Positions 26,066 through 38,485 of a DNA stretch of 64,000 nucleotides are shown one piece after another. Location of the stretch: NCBI RefSeq assembly GCF_039654945.1, contig NW_027361960.1, positions 12,276,001-12,340,000 of the forward strand, in the 5' to 3' direction. Numbering within the stretch: position 1 is the stretch's first letter; the number at the start of each line of letters is the position of its first letter. The DNA comes from Dendrobates tinctorius (Eukaryota). The notes beneath the pieces were generated by a model, which ran no database searches, was not told the DNA's origin, and worked only from the letters and a program-made list of their open reading frames with translations. The position numbers and the translations under genes were made by a program.

Positions 26066-27075
26066 TTGAATCCCTTCATCCCAACGCCTGTTCTCACCTT
26101 CCTGACCAGGTCAAATATTACAATTCTGACCACTGTCAATTTATGAGGCAATAACTCTGGAACGCTTCAACATATCCTACCGATTCTGAGAATGTTTTCT
26201 TGTAACATACTGCACTTCATGATAGTGAAAACAAACCCAGCTGCATAATCAAAATGCTAGAGAAAAGAACACCAGTGGCGATCTAACCTATAAACCAACA
26301 CCAACTCCAGAAATACATGGGAGATCAGGAGAAAAAAAGGAGTACCCGGTGATATAAAGCATATATATTTTATTAAATAACAATCGATGATGAAAAACAT
26401 ACAATACAAAATAGGTAACACACGTTTCAAAGATGTCCAGACAATATGGAGGTACCCCCTCATCATGTGCATGAGAATAATCATGTGCATAGATCCATAC
26501 TTTTCAAAGAAGCACCCACGGATAGTCAAGCCCACAATAGAATGTATAAGTATATAGAAGTAACAGGTTTAACTATTGAAGGAAAGGCTTAACAAAATTA
26601 ACAGGCAAGTAAGAGGGGGGCCCCAGCTGAATGTCACCCCGACGCGTGTTTCGCTGGCATACAAACCTGCTAATTCTGGTAAGCCTCTCCCTCATTAGGT
26701 AAACCTGTTACTTCTATATACTTATATATTCTATTGTGGGCTTGGCTATCCGTGGGTGCTTCTTTGAAAAGTATGGATCTATGCACATGAATTTTCTCTT
26801 GCACCTGTTGAGGGGGTACCTCCATTTTGTCTGGACGTCTCTGGAAACCTGTGTCACCTATCTTGTATTCTATGTTTTTTATTGATTGTTATTTAATAAA
26901 ATTGATATGCTTTCTATCACCGGTACTCCGTTTTTCTCCTGATGTCCCATTTCATGATAGTGGTAAAATTTGATCGATATGATTTGCATTAATTTGTGAA
27001 AATATCGGACATTTGTTGAAAATGTGAAAAGTTTAGCAATTTTCAAACATTTAATTTTTATGCCCTTAAATCAGA
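26066..27075 (+). mobile_element. Diverged left-end fragment of the TTAA family
   Basis: tacaattctgaccactgtc...ataactctgg matches 5898-5945. The match resumes after the insertion at 26963. Confidence 0.7.
26228..26950. mobile_element. Inverted pair of Penelope-like pLTR fragments flanked by a 12-bp direct repeat
   Basis: About 26315-26620 is the imperfect reverse complement of about 26685-26950. The spacer holds a partial hammerhead-like motif. ttcatgatagtg occurs at 26216-26227 and 26951-26962. Confidence 0.65.
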
Positions 27076-27487
27076 TTCAGGGAAGAAAGAAGCTGATCCA
27101 GCTTCTGATCCACAGGTCAAAGAGACGTAGTTTAAAATCATGATGTCTATAATTCCAGAAGAGTTAAAAATCATTAGAAAAATGAAAAAATACAAACTAT
27201 GGGAAACAGAATCTTCTATGATGGAGGAGTAGTAGGGGGGACACAAAAAATGAACCTACAGACGCGTTTCGAACCTAACTAAGTGGGTTCTTAGACCTGG
27301 TAAAACGCCCTCGAATTGTGCTGCAGAGTGTCACATAGAGCTGACACCTGCATTTGATCACGGCAGCACTCACCGTAAGCCTGCATGATCATGGTGCCAT
27401 ATATATATATATATATATATGATGGTTTGTGGGAACACCACTCTTGCAGCACCATAAACATATGGCGCATGTCGAGAAGGAGTTAAA

Positions 27488-27883
27488 GGGAATCCATGAA
27501 ATAGGTTAACACTATTCACTTGCAGATATAGGGTTAATCTCCCAGTAAATAGTGTTAGAAAAGCTTACTGAAAGAGCTACTCATTGGAGAAAATGGACTA
27601 TAGTCCGACTCCCGGGAATGGCCATCTTTTAATTATACAGGCGTACTTGCATGACTACAGTAATCGCAACAGCTGTAAGCATACCCCAACCCTTTGACTG
27701 ATAGCAGGCTCTGGAGTGCATCAGCACTCTGAGGGGTGACCGTAGCCACACTGGTACTCCTGTATGTCTTGACTAAGAACCAGCGGCATTAGTAAGGTGG
27801 CCGGGCACCTTTTTTACTCTCTTTACCTGCAGATTAACTCTACATTTGCAGGTAAATAGCGTTATCGGAGGTGGCAGGTTCAG
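27488..27883. mobile_element. Degenerate T2-type (TTAA) MITE
   Basis: TTAA-aggg start and ...ggttcagt-TTAA end, with subterminal inverted tgcagatatagggttaatct / agattaactctacatttgca. Confidence 0.55.
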
Positions 27884-28469
27884 TTTAATGGTGCGCTAAA
27901 CATATAAATCAGCCCAAGTCACTCTGATAAATATAGATAATTTTAATACTGTCCTGTCTAATCTAAGTCTGCAATGTCTAGAACTTAGACAGCTTTAGGA
28001 AATCAGCCCCACAATGTACCAGAATTCTGTCATGCTTTGCTTAGTAAAATTTCCTATTGTTCATATTTCCTGTGCAAAAATAAACAGAGACTTCATGGAT
28101 AAATTGTGGACAATTTCTTTAAAATATTTAGATGTTTCTCTTAAATTAATCTATTGTCTACAAACAAAGCATGTTACTTATCACAACTGTGTAATATAAG
28201 TTTTGCTTTGCCACACCTTTGCCACATCTTTCAAAATCCTGATGTAAGCTTTCAAGGTCAATTATGTATTAGGGTCAGGGTGTAACATTGTAAAAGCTAA
28301 TGAATATTAGTAACCAATTCAAACTGAGAAGTTGCTTGACATGTAAAGAACCTGGTGAAACTGACTTAAAGTGTGCTCATTTCTCTTTATTATACTGTGC
28401 TAGTCCGTACCGGGTTACTATGATAACCTGACAGGGAACACTGGTGTCATTATCTAAAGACTCTTAACG

Positions 28470-28722
28470 CAGATCTCACTAGCGACATCGCTGTGGACGG
28501 GGGTCGCTACTTACCTGTCAGACGTGGCGATCCTGCGTCTTCCCGCCCGGCTCCAAATGATCCAGGAGCTTCTCGCGCGATCAGCGATAATCAGCGGGGG
28601 AGCCGGTCGGAGGTAAGTATCACATGCAGCGATATCGCTAGCAATATCGCTGCAACGTCACAAAATCGGTGACTTTACAGCGATATTGCTAGCGATATCG
28701 CAGTGTGTAACGGGGGATTTAG
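28470..28722 (-). mobile_element. Partial copy of the Harbinger MITE at 11303-11698
   Basis: cgcgcgatcagcgataatcagcgggggagccggtcg is the reverse complement of 11403-11437. Confidence 0.75.
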
Positions 28723-30279
28723 GGTAGCTTCACAGAGGATGAATGGAATCAAGGACTTGAACATCTTGAGTCTCAGGAGCAGTCTGACAGATGGAGTGGA
28801 ACCCAGCAGGGATGGAGGCAAGTTGAAAACAGAGCAAGTACAGTTAATGGAGCAAACCAAACATGGGACACCATAGATTCAATCCTAAAACACAGGTGGT
28901 CCTAATGGGCTTTAAATAGGATTAGCGAGATGACGCCACTGAGCCATCCCTGGTGTTAGGAGTGGCGGAAGGCACTAAATAAAAACTATGAATAAAGTGC
29001 CTTCGCCGCTCGGGGGATGGAAAACCGCAGCAAGTAGATGCAGAGCACTATGGCGGTAATGTGCACAGGGTTTAACTGCACCCAATGTGCACTGAAGCAA
29101 GCTCTGTTACTCTCACAGAGCTGCAGGCAAAAAGCATACACAAAACGCTGAGTCTGTTCAGGGTCACAGAGTCTCAGTGATGCAGACACGGTATTCAGGG
29201 TCACAGGAGTAGCCTTCGACAACAGGACTACTCCGTCTAGACCTACCGTTAAATAAGGTGCGTGGTGTCGCAACAGCGGACGCAGAGATAAGCTGCAACT
29301 GCAGCGCGGCAAGAACTGAGCCGCTGGTAAGGCGCTGCAAAAACGCTGGTACAATGCAGACGCTAAACTGCTGAGCAAGATGGAACTAGGCGCGCTGGCG
29401 CTACTACTGGCAGGAACCAATCACTAACCCAAACGTATTATCAGAGGGAAGGGGTTTCTTAATAAGTCATTCACCAGTCCAAGCATCCATCATCAAACAT
29501 ACAGCAGCACATGGTCGGACTGGCCCACGGGAGAACCGGAGGATTCTCCGGTGGGCCCAAGCATAGGCAGCTGCTGGCATACTGGCTAGCAGTTGTCTAG
29601 GGCCCCCACTGCTCCAAGGGGCCCCCAGCCAGTGGGCAGCTTCTATGGGGGCCCCCCCTGGTGCCAGCGGAGCAGAAGGGGGTCCAGGAATCAGAAGCCG
29701 ACTTCTGCTGTCCCCGCTACTAAAGAAAAATTAATATTCACTGCTCTGTGGGAGGAGCCCAGAGCAGGACTCCTCCCAGCGTGACGTCACCAGCACTACT
29801 CCCAGCTCCATGCTCACTGCTCAGAGAGCAGTGCGGGCAGGCATCACATGTTCGGCTGCTGCAGACGGGAGCACTATTTGTAAGTAGTAAGTGCTCTTGT
29901 GTCCTGATGACTTTTTATGTTACTGCTCTTCCCTGCGATGAGCAAGCACAGAGAGTGGAGCTGCTCTTGGCAAGGCTAACACTGATTGGCTGCAGCACAG
30001 CTAATCAGTGTTAGCTTAAGTTTGTGTCCTCTTCTCCCCAGCTGTACAGCACAGCTCAGGTAATGAGCTGCTGTCATCAATAACGCCCCTCCCCCACAGT
30101 GTAAGCAGCAGCGGGAGATAGAGGACTCCCTACTACAGCTGCAATGGTTGAAGGAGGGCCCCCTGCCAGCCTAAATGTAAGTGTAAATGGGGGGCCTTTA
30201 GTCTGGGGGGTGAGAGGGGGAGGGGATAAGTTACTTAGGGATAATTCAGGGCCCCATTACCTCATCTCTCCTTTCACTC

Positions 30280-31405
30280 CTGACTGACTGCACCCCTCAC
30301 TCTATATCACCCCTGACTGCACTCCCTCACCCCGGAATCACCCCTGACTGAACCCCCTCCCCCGGAATCACCACTGACTGTACCCCCTTGCCCCGGAATC
30401 ACCCGACTGCACCCCCTCCCCCGGAATCACCCGTGACTGCACCCCCTCACCCGGAATCACCCCTGAATTACCCTGACTGTACCCCCTTGCCCCGGAATCA
30501 CCCATGACTGCACCCCCTCCCCCGGAATCACCCGTGACTGCACCCCCTCACCCGGAATCACCCATGAATCACCCTGACTGTACCCTCGCCCCGGAATCAC
30601 CCGACTGCACCCCCTCGCCCCGGAATCACCCTGACTGCGCCACCTCCCCCTGTATCACCCTGACTGCGCCACCTCCCCCTGTATCACCCTGACTGCGCCA
30701 CCTCCCCCTGTATCACCCTGACTGCGCCACCTCCCCCTGTATCACCCTGACTGCGCCACCTCCCGCTGTATAACCCTGACTGCGCCAACTCCCCCTGTAT
30801 CAACCTGACTGCGCCACCTCCCCTTGTATCATCCTGACTGTGCCACCTCCCCCTGTATAACTTTGACTGCGTCACCTCCCCCTGTATCACCCTGACTGCG
30901 CCACCTCCCCCAGTATCTCACTGACTGCGCCACCTCCCTCTGTATCACCCTGATTGAGCCCCTCTGCCCCTTTATCACCCTTACTGCACCACCTCCCTCT
31001 GTATCACCCTGACTGCGCCACCTCTCCCTTTATCACCCTGATTGAGCCTCTCTCCCCCTTTATCACCCTGACTGCGCTACCTCCCCCTGTATCACCCTGA
31101 CTGCACCACCTCCCTCTGTATCACCCTGATTGAGCCCCTCTGCCCCTTTACCACCCTTACTGCACCACCTCCTTCTGTATCACCCTGACTGCGCCACCTC
31201 TCCCTTTATCACCCTGATTGAGCCTCTCTCCCCCTTTATCACCCTGACTGCGCTACCTCCCCCTGTATCACCCTGACTGCACCACCTCACTCTGTATCAC
31301 AAAGACTGAGCCCCTCTCTCACTGCATTACCCCTGACTGACTGCACCACCTCACACCTGTATCACCCTGACTGAGCCCCTCTGCCCCTTTATCACCCCTG
31401 ACTAA
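30280..31405. repeat. About 29-30-bp C-rich minisatellite (ccctgactgcgccacctccccctgtatca)
   Basis: Tandem units visible directly, with sub-variant blocks. Confidence 0.95.
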
Positions 31406-31748
31406 AACTTTTCTTTCCCTACTACTAACAAAATGAGGCTCTTCATAAAACATTATGGTCTTATAGGTGGCAGAGAGATTTCTGTAAAAAGTGTATGGGG
31501 GGATGTGAGGGAAAACTCTTGATATTACTCCAATGTCAGATATAAGTGATTTAGGACCCCTCACCACTAGAAGAGGGGGCATTCACATAATGTATTTGCT
31601 GCAGAAATCAAACAGCAAATTAACAGCAAAAACATCCACACAGACATTGTGCAGATATTGCTGCATTTACTACTATGTAATGTCGCACTTTTACCACTGA
31701 CATGATTCTTTGTCTTGCAAAGGATGAAATTGGTGGTGAATTTGTTAA

Positions 31749-32375
31749 AGGGAATCTGTCACCCAATTTTAGCGCTATAAGCTGTGGCCACCACCATCAG
31801 GGGCTTATCTACAGCATTCTGTAATGTACTCTGTAATGCTGTAGATAAGCCCCTGATGTAACCTGAAAGATAAGAATAACACGTTAGATTATACTCACCG
31901 GGGGCGGTGGGTGTCGCGGTCCGGCGCCTCACATCTTCATACGATCATGTCCTCCTTCTTGCTTCTCCCTTGGCTCCTGCGCAGGTGTACTATATCTGCC
32001 CTGATGAGGGCAGAGTAAAGTACTGCAGTGCGCAGGCGCCGGGAAAGGTCAGAGTGGTCCGGCGCCTGCGCACTGCAGTACTCTGCTCTGCCCTCAACAG
32101 GGCAGATAAAGTATGTGTACACAGGAACCGAGGGAGAAGCAAAGAGGAGGACATCATCGTATGAAGAAGGGAGACGCCGGACCGGACCGGACTGCGACAC
32201 CCATCGGACCGGACCGAACGCCGGGGTGAGTATAATCTAACTCTTTTTTCTTATCTTTCATGTTACATAGGGGGCTTATCAACAGCATTACAGAATTCAT
32301 TACAGAATGCTGTAGATAAGCCCCTGATGGCGGTGCCGGCAGCTGATAGGGCTAAAATAGGGTGACAGATCCCCT
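31749..32375. mobile_element. Palindromic T2-type MITE
   Basis: TTAA TSD at 31745-31748 and 32376-32379. TIRs agggaatctgtcacc / ggtgacagatcccct. Inverted symmetry over almost the whole length. Confidence 0.9.
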
Positions 32376-34679
32376 TTAAAACTGCATCGGTCAATTCCAA
32401 CCGAGGATTTTCTCAGCGTATAGATGAGATGTCATAAAATCCCCTCCACTACACTGGTGCTATAACACATTGGCCTAGTGGTTAATAAACACCAGGGAAC
32501 ATTTATCATTGAGTTTGAACCAAAATGTGGGCGCCAACCCCTGATATATCATTAAGATGTGTACTACCTTATGTTATACCCTGATATTAGTGTGTTATAT
32601 TGCACAGTTGGTGGCCTTGTATTTATTTCTATGTAGCTACATAGTAGGCCCCAAGAATTATTTTCTCTGGTGGGCCCAAGGTGTTCCAGTCCGACGCTGC
32701 AGCAGCAAGTATGAAAAATACTAGCGCATGGCAGAACAGCCATGCGCGCTTTTTATACCAAACGGGACCTTCCGGAAATCTCCAAGGCTCCAAGAGGAGC
32801 CAATAGGATTCGACACAGGACCTGAGCACCTGACTCCCGAACTCCAGTGGAAGTTCGTCCCATGAGCATGCTCAGTTAAGGGAACAATGGACTTAGCCTC
32901 TGGAGAGAGTTGCCGCAAGGCACTCTCCTCTGCAGCAGATGAAGCGCAGGAGACTGCAGAATGTAAGGGTCTAGATTTCAACATAGGAGAGGTAGAAATC
33001 TGACTCCTAACACCTGATAATCTGCAAAACCCACTGTGGAGCACATCAAATGGCAGCGGACCAAGGTGAAGGAAGCAGAGCCCGGGATATCTGGGACATT
33101 TCTGTAACACTGAGCATTGAGGTAATATAGCACTCTACTGAAACATATTCGTCTGAGGTTAAGCTACACTTCTCGCTTGGTTTGGCCTTGGCCAGGTGTC
33201 TAATTATTGGTTCAGTTGCTCTATCATGCAATCAGTTTTTTTATAACCAAATTCAGTTCTGCTACTCATCTCTGCTACTTCTGGTGTTGTACAAACCTTC
33301 AGCTCTGTTGCAGCAAGTTATCTGATAGTGAACTCATCTTGGCTATCCTGGTGCTTATGCAACTTCTAGGCTACTGTTCCAGTGCAGTCCGCACATTTGA
33401 CTCTGCTGCATATGGTTCTTCCTGCTTTGCATATCCACCTGCTGCCTGTCCTATCTAGCTTTATTGGTCCTTGCTGTTCCATGTACTGTCTGGCAAGACC
33501 ATCTCTGTTGTATCTTCGCCTCTTGTTCATGCTGCTCACTATGACTTATGGGTTAGAGAATCCACCTCACTAGTTGAGCCCCTAAGTAGCTGTAGACATG
33601 GCATTTTCTATACACTGGCACAGCATTGAGTTTTCCCAGACAAAGCCGCTGAAGGGAAACTACATCAGGGTTTCAGAACCCTGTACAGTAGTAGTTGAAA
33701 ATGGGACATGTGAAGTGAAATATTGTTTTGACATTGCTGTGCATTTTGTTCATTTTATGGGTCGCTTTTTCAGACATATTCTGGGTGAAGTCCAAATATT
33801 GGCAGCTATCGGGATCCATAATTGGCAGGAACCCCATAGGGTTAAAGAAGGAGCCCTCTCACTCTGTTAACAATCTAGTTGCCACTTTTGTGATCGACAG
33901 CGGCATTTAGGAGGTTAAACAGCCGTGATCGTAATTTACGGTACTTAATCCCCAGTGACATAAAAAATGGTGCGGAGGATTAAGGTCCCTTACTAACCTA
34001 AAAAGGCATATCGGTGGTTGTAAAGGGTTTAAAAGTATATGCTCTATAATATGTTGTATGCTTTTGTTGTCTTATTTTCCATACTTTTTGCAGCACACAA
34101 AATACGTTCTCCTACATTTGGTGAACATGCACTTATCTATTAGAAAACTAATTGGTACTGCAGGTAAAATTGTATTGTCGTTTCTTATTTTTATTAGTAT
34201 CTTTTTTGAGAATTTTGAGTTTGATTCTTTAAGACCTGCATGGTACCCTCCAGTCATAGTGAGGTAGGTGCATCTTGCAGGTGCCATGCCCGTCTACCAC
34301 AGATGTAATCCAATACATTTCTGGAAGAAATTACACCACTTCATGAACTAGAAGACTTATGAATCCCCCCAGAGCACGCACTCTTCTCTGCTGGGATTGG
34401 CCGATTTCTGAGCCACGGACAGGAAGTATGTATAAATAAGGCCGGCGTCACACTACCGTAGAATACGGGAGATTGCTATGCGATAAAACATCGCATAGCA
34501 CTCGGCTCAGTGTTAATCTATGGGGTAGCTCACATCACCATTCATTTTCTTGGGCACATTCAGCGTGCGTGTAAAATCGCGGCATTCTGCGATTGTCATC
34601 GAGACTCTCCAATGCAAGCCTATGAGTGCGAGAGAAAAAAAAATCGCACAGCACTCGGTCCATGCGAGTTGTTGTCTCT

Positions 34680-35630
34680 CCTTTTTTCCTATATATTCGC
34701 AGTTATATTTGTGTGGCATCAATTCAAACTGCGCCTGCGCCGTCTCCTGACACTTAGGTTTCGGTTTCGATTTAATCCCGGCGCATGCGCTTCGGTCATT
34801 TCCGGACGCCGGCTCCATGAACGCCGAACCAGCCTACCATGCGTAAGTAATTTACTTTAATTTTATGGCATATAAAAAGGACGCCGCCTGTGACTAGGGT
34901 GCACCTCCATTTCCCCCAAAGAAGCCACGCCAGAGGTGGCGATACGCGTGGGGTGTTACCCCCCCCTCTAATTATCAGTCCTTGCGGGTATTTGGCCTCA
35001 CTTTCAGACCTTTCTATGATTTACCCTCATGGGTTTTTGTAATCTTTAGGTATTCTGTGCATTTGAATATCTCTTATTCAGAGACATTTAGCCTTTTTTT
35101 CAGGTTCCAGTGATTTTTTGTGCATTCATTTTGCATATGGTCTTGTATATTTGGGGGCCTCCTTGTCTTCTTGGAGGCATCACATTTATATGGTTCATCT
35201 AGCTAGCCTATTTTGGGAACTGCAAACCATGCACTGGGTTTATACCTTTTTGTGCAAATCATCATCTTAACAACAAGGGTCTTTGCATCCATGGTTATTT
35301 GTGTTCTTCTGCATTTAGGGTCATTTATTCTATCCCCATGTTATACAAATTGTTTGCATTTTGTGTATTTATGCTATATTATCATATCTAGCATATGGTT
35401 CATATAGGTCTTTTTTTTTCATGTATGCATTTATATTTCCATGTATTATTATTGTGTAGGTCTTTACCCAGCACATTGGAGGGGGTATATATCAGGTTCT
35501 CACCTCAGAACCTGTGTTTTTGGAGTGTCCTTCATGGCCTATTTATTATTTTTGATAATATTATGCTGCATTATATTTCTTTGATTTTGGGGTTGATCGC
35601 GTCCACTTTACACACTTCTTTTCATTTCTA
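34680..35630 (+). mobile_element. Penelope-like pLTR fragment
   Basis: gcgcatgcgc motif, TATAAAA at 34871, hammerhead-like motif 34913-34953 and T-rich tail; same layout as the other pLTRs in the window. Confidence 0.5.
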
Positions 35631-35778
35631 TGATCTGTCCGATTTTTACACATCAATCGCATTTGAAAAGTCGGCAATTCATGTGCCACATAAAGTAAAA
35701 TTACAGAGTGACAGGTTAGAATAGAATAGATAGAATAGGCATATACACATAGAATACAGAGATGTAAAGATGTCAGTG

Positions 35779-35815
<37 letters not shown>

Positions 35816-37038
35816 CTAGCTGAAGAGCCCAGTGCTGCGCGGGCATAGTAACTAACTACAGTTAGGTATAAGAAATTATGATTATAACTATATATATATA
35901 AAGCTGAGTGTAGAGCCCCGCCCATTTCGCATAGCCACATTCACATCATCCCATCAGCCAGAACTACGGGACTACTACCCATAATATCCCACATCATCCC
36001 ATCAGCCATAGCCACCGGACAACTACCACTAATATCCCACATCATTCCGTCAGCCAGAGTCACCGGACTACTACCACTAATATCCCACATCATCCCGTCA
36101 GCCTGGAGTCAGAACCAGAGCGCTGAGTGGTACGGTCCTAACTTCCATACTGGGGATCCCTTTAAGAGAGGCCTGATGTCAGAACCAGAGTGCTGAGTGG
36201 AATGGCCCTGACTTCCATACCAATGATCCCTTTAATAGAAGCCTGGGGTGAGAATCAGAGCACTGAGAGATTTACCCTAACTTCCATACCAGAGATCCCT
36301 TTAAGAGAGGCCTGGGGTCAGTACCAAAGCGCAGAGTGGATTTTCCCTCACTTCCGTACCGAGGATCCCTTTAAGAAGGGACTTGGATCAGAACCAGAGC
36401 GCTGAGTGGTTTTGCCCTAACTTCCATACAGGAGATCCCTTTAAGAGAGCCTGGGGTCAGTACCAGAGCATTTGAAGGCAATTGCCCTGACTTCCATACC
36501 AGGGATCCCTTTAAGAGAGCCCTGGGGTCAGTACCAAAGCGCAGAGTGGATTTGCCCTAAATTCCATACCAATGATCCCTTTAAGAGACCCTGGGGTGAG
36601 AGCCACAGAGCTGAGAGGAACTGACCTAACTTCCATACCGGGGATCCCTTTAAGAGAGGCCTGGGGTCAAAACTAAAGCGCTGGATGGATTTGGTCTGAC
36701 TTCCATTCCAATGATCACTTTAAGAGGGAAGATGTGCCTACGGGATGGAGGATGTGTGATGGGGATATGTGCTGGGAGGGGGGGGGATTTATTTCTGTCA
36801 TGTGCTCTCTGCTCCTTTCAGGGGGGCAGACAATGTCTGGGAGCTTATGTCCCCAAAGATGCTAGATTTCTCCCACCATGTCAGTGTCTGCTGAGATGTT
36901 GTCAAGTGGGAAAACTGTTGGTCATAGCAACCAATCATAGCTCAGCTTCTTTTGAACAGTTCTGGTGGAATGAATGATGCTTCGTGATTTGTTGGTGATA
37001 CACACACACACACACACACATTCATTTTTATATATAGA
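35816..37038 (-). mobile_element. Non-autonomous Helitron with internal tandem arrays
   Basis: On the minus strand: A|TCTATATATAAAAATGAATG 5' end (37038) and GC hairpin + CTAG|T 3' end (35816). No TSD; sits in a (TA)n tract. Confidence 0.7.
36100..36730. repeat. About 69-70-bp tandem repeat, about 9 copies; preceded by a ~45-bp array at 35940-36100
   Basis: cttccatacc...gatccctttaagagaggcctggggtcag recurs at 36142, 36212, 36281, 36351 and onward. Confidence 0.93.
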
Positions 37039-37554
37039 TATATATATATATATATATATACAGTATATATATTACATACAATAGATAGAAGAAAAGTCGG
37101 CAATTCGGCAATTCAGCAGCCGCGTAGTGTAATATCACAGCAGGAGCCGACAGGAAAGAAGAGATGGATTACACATAGTAAATAACACATAGAGTGCGTA
37201 CCGGGGGGGGCAGCCGGGGCAGTTGCCCCGGGCACAGGCAGCAGGGGGGCGCAGTCGGGCCGCCTAATGCAGCGGTCCGCAGTGTCTCCCCCGACGGCTG
37301 CGTTCTGCCGCTCCCCATCCTGTCAAGCTGACAGCCAGCGCAGAGAAGGAGGCCGCACCGGCTCCCAGGCAGCAATTGTACTGGCGTCTATACAGACACC
37401 AGTACAATTGAAGCTCTGACCTCCGGGTCAGAGCTACGTCAGTTGCGTGATCATGTCATGTGATCACGCTGCTGAAGTCACTCCCCGGCGCCCAGAGCAA
37501 ACGCTGGTGGTAAGTGTGCTCCTCTGTGGAGCTGAAGAACCACCAAAGATAGGA

Positions 37555-38485
37555 GATGGGGGGGTGTTAATAAGTGGGGAAGGGTTAATGAGTGGAAATG
37601 GGTTTAATGTGTGGGGGGTTAATGAGTGGAGATGGGGTTTAATGTGTGGGGGGTTAATGAGTGGAGATGGGGTTTAATGTGTGGGGGGTTAATGAGTGGA
37701 GATAAGGGTTAATGTGGGGGGGTTAATGTGTGGGGGTTAATGAGTTGAGATGGGGATTAATGTGGGGATGGGGGTTAATGAGTGGGGGGTTAATGTGTGG
37801 GGGTTAATGTGGGGATGGGGGTTAATGAGTGGAGATGGGGGTTAATGTATGGGGGTTAATGAGTGGAGATGGGGGTTAATGTGTGGGGGTTAATGAGTGG
37901 AGATGGGGTTAATGTGGGGATGGGGGTTAATGAGTGGGGTGAAGGTTAATGTGGGGATGGGGGTTAATGTGTTGGAATGGGGGTTAATGAGTGGGGGGGT
38001 TAATGAGTGGGGATGGGGGTTAATGAGTGGGGATGGGTGTTAATGTGTGGGGGGTTAATGTGTGGGGATGGGAATTAATGTGTTGGGATGGGGGTTAATG
38101 AATGGAGATGGGGGTTAATGAGTTGGGATGGGGGTTAATGAGTGGAGTGGTTAATGAGCGGGGATGGGGGTTAATGTATGGGGGGATTTGGAATGGGGGT
38201 ACATAATGTGTGGGGGATTTGAATTGGGGGTACATAATGTGTGGGGGGATTTGGGAGTAGGGACGAGGGGTTATTGAGTGGGGATGGGGGATACTTAATG
38301 TGTAGGGGGATTTGGAGTGGGGATGGGGGGTTATTTAATGTGTGTGAGGGATTTGGAGTGAGGATGGGGGATTTAATGTGCGTGGGGGAATTTGGAGTCG
38401 GGATGGGGGGTGCTTAATGTGTGTGGGGGATTGGGGATGGGGGGATTTGGAGTGGGGATGGTATTTAATGTGTGTGGGGAGATTT
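37555..38485. repeat. G-rich minisatellite (ggggttaatgagtggagat-type) inside a probable non-autonomous hAT-like element starting near 37192
   Basis: Tandem G-run units visible directly. The right end and TSD of the host element were not found. Confidence 0.85.

Larger units (their letters stand above)
29510..32699. mobile_element. Non-autonomous hAT-type element
   Basis: 8-bp TSD cagcagca (29502-29509, 32700-32707). TIRs catggtcggactgg / ccagtccgacgctg. Confidence 0.9.
28954..33012. mobile_element. Solo LTR (about 860 bp of its own) interrupted by a hAT-type element
   Basis: Perfect 10-bp termini tgttaggagt / actcctaaca. 5-bp TSD cctgg/cctga (1 mismatch). Confidence 0.82.
34440..37190. mobile_element. 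Partial Harbinger-type MITE hosting a Penelope-like fragment and a Helitron
   Basis: taa|ggccggcgtcacact left end resembles the TIR at 50903. The aaaagtcggcaattc motif is shared with 55228-55239 (reverse). Right TIR not found. Confidence 0.5.

Noticed and set aside
36100-36730. Regular ~70-bp repeats resembling a CRISPR array
   Set aside because: Whole units are homologous with no unique spacers; no cas genes; eukaryotic context.
37555-38485. GGGTTA words suggesting interstitial telomeric repeat
   Set aside because: Units are GGGGTTAATG..., not tandem TTAGGG.
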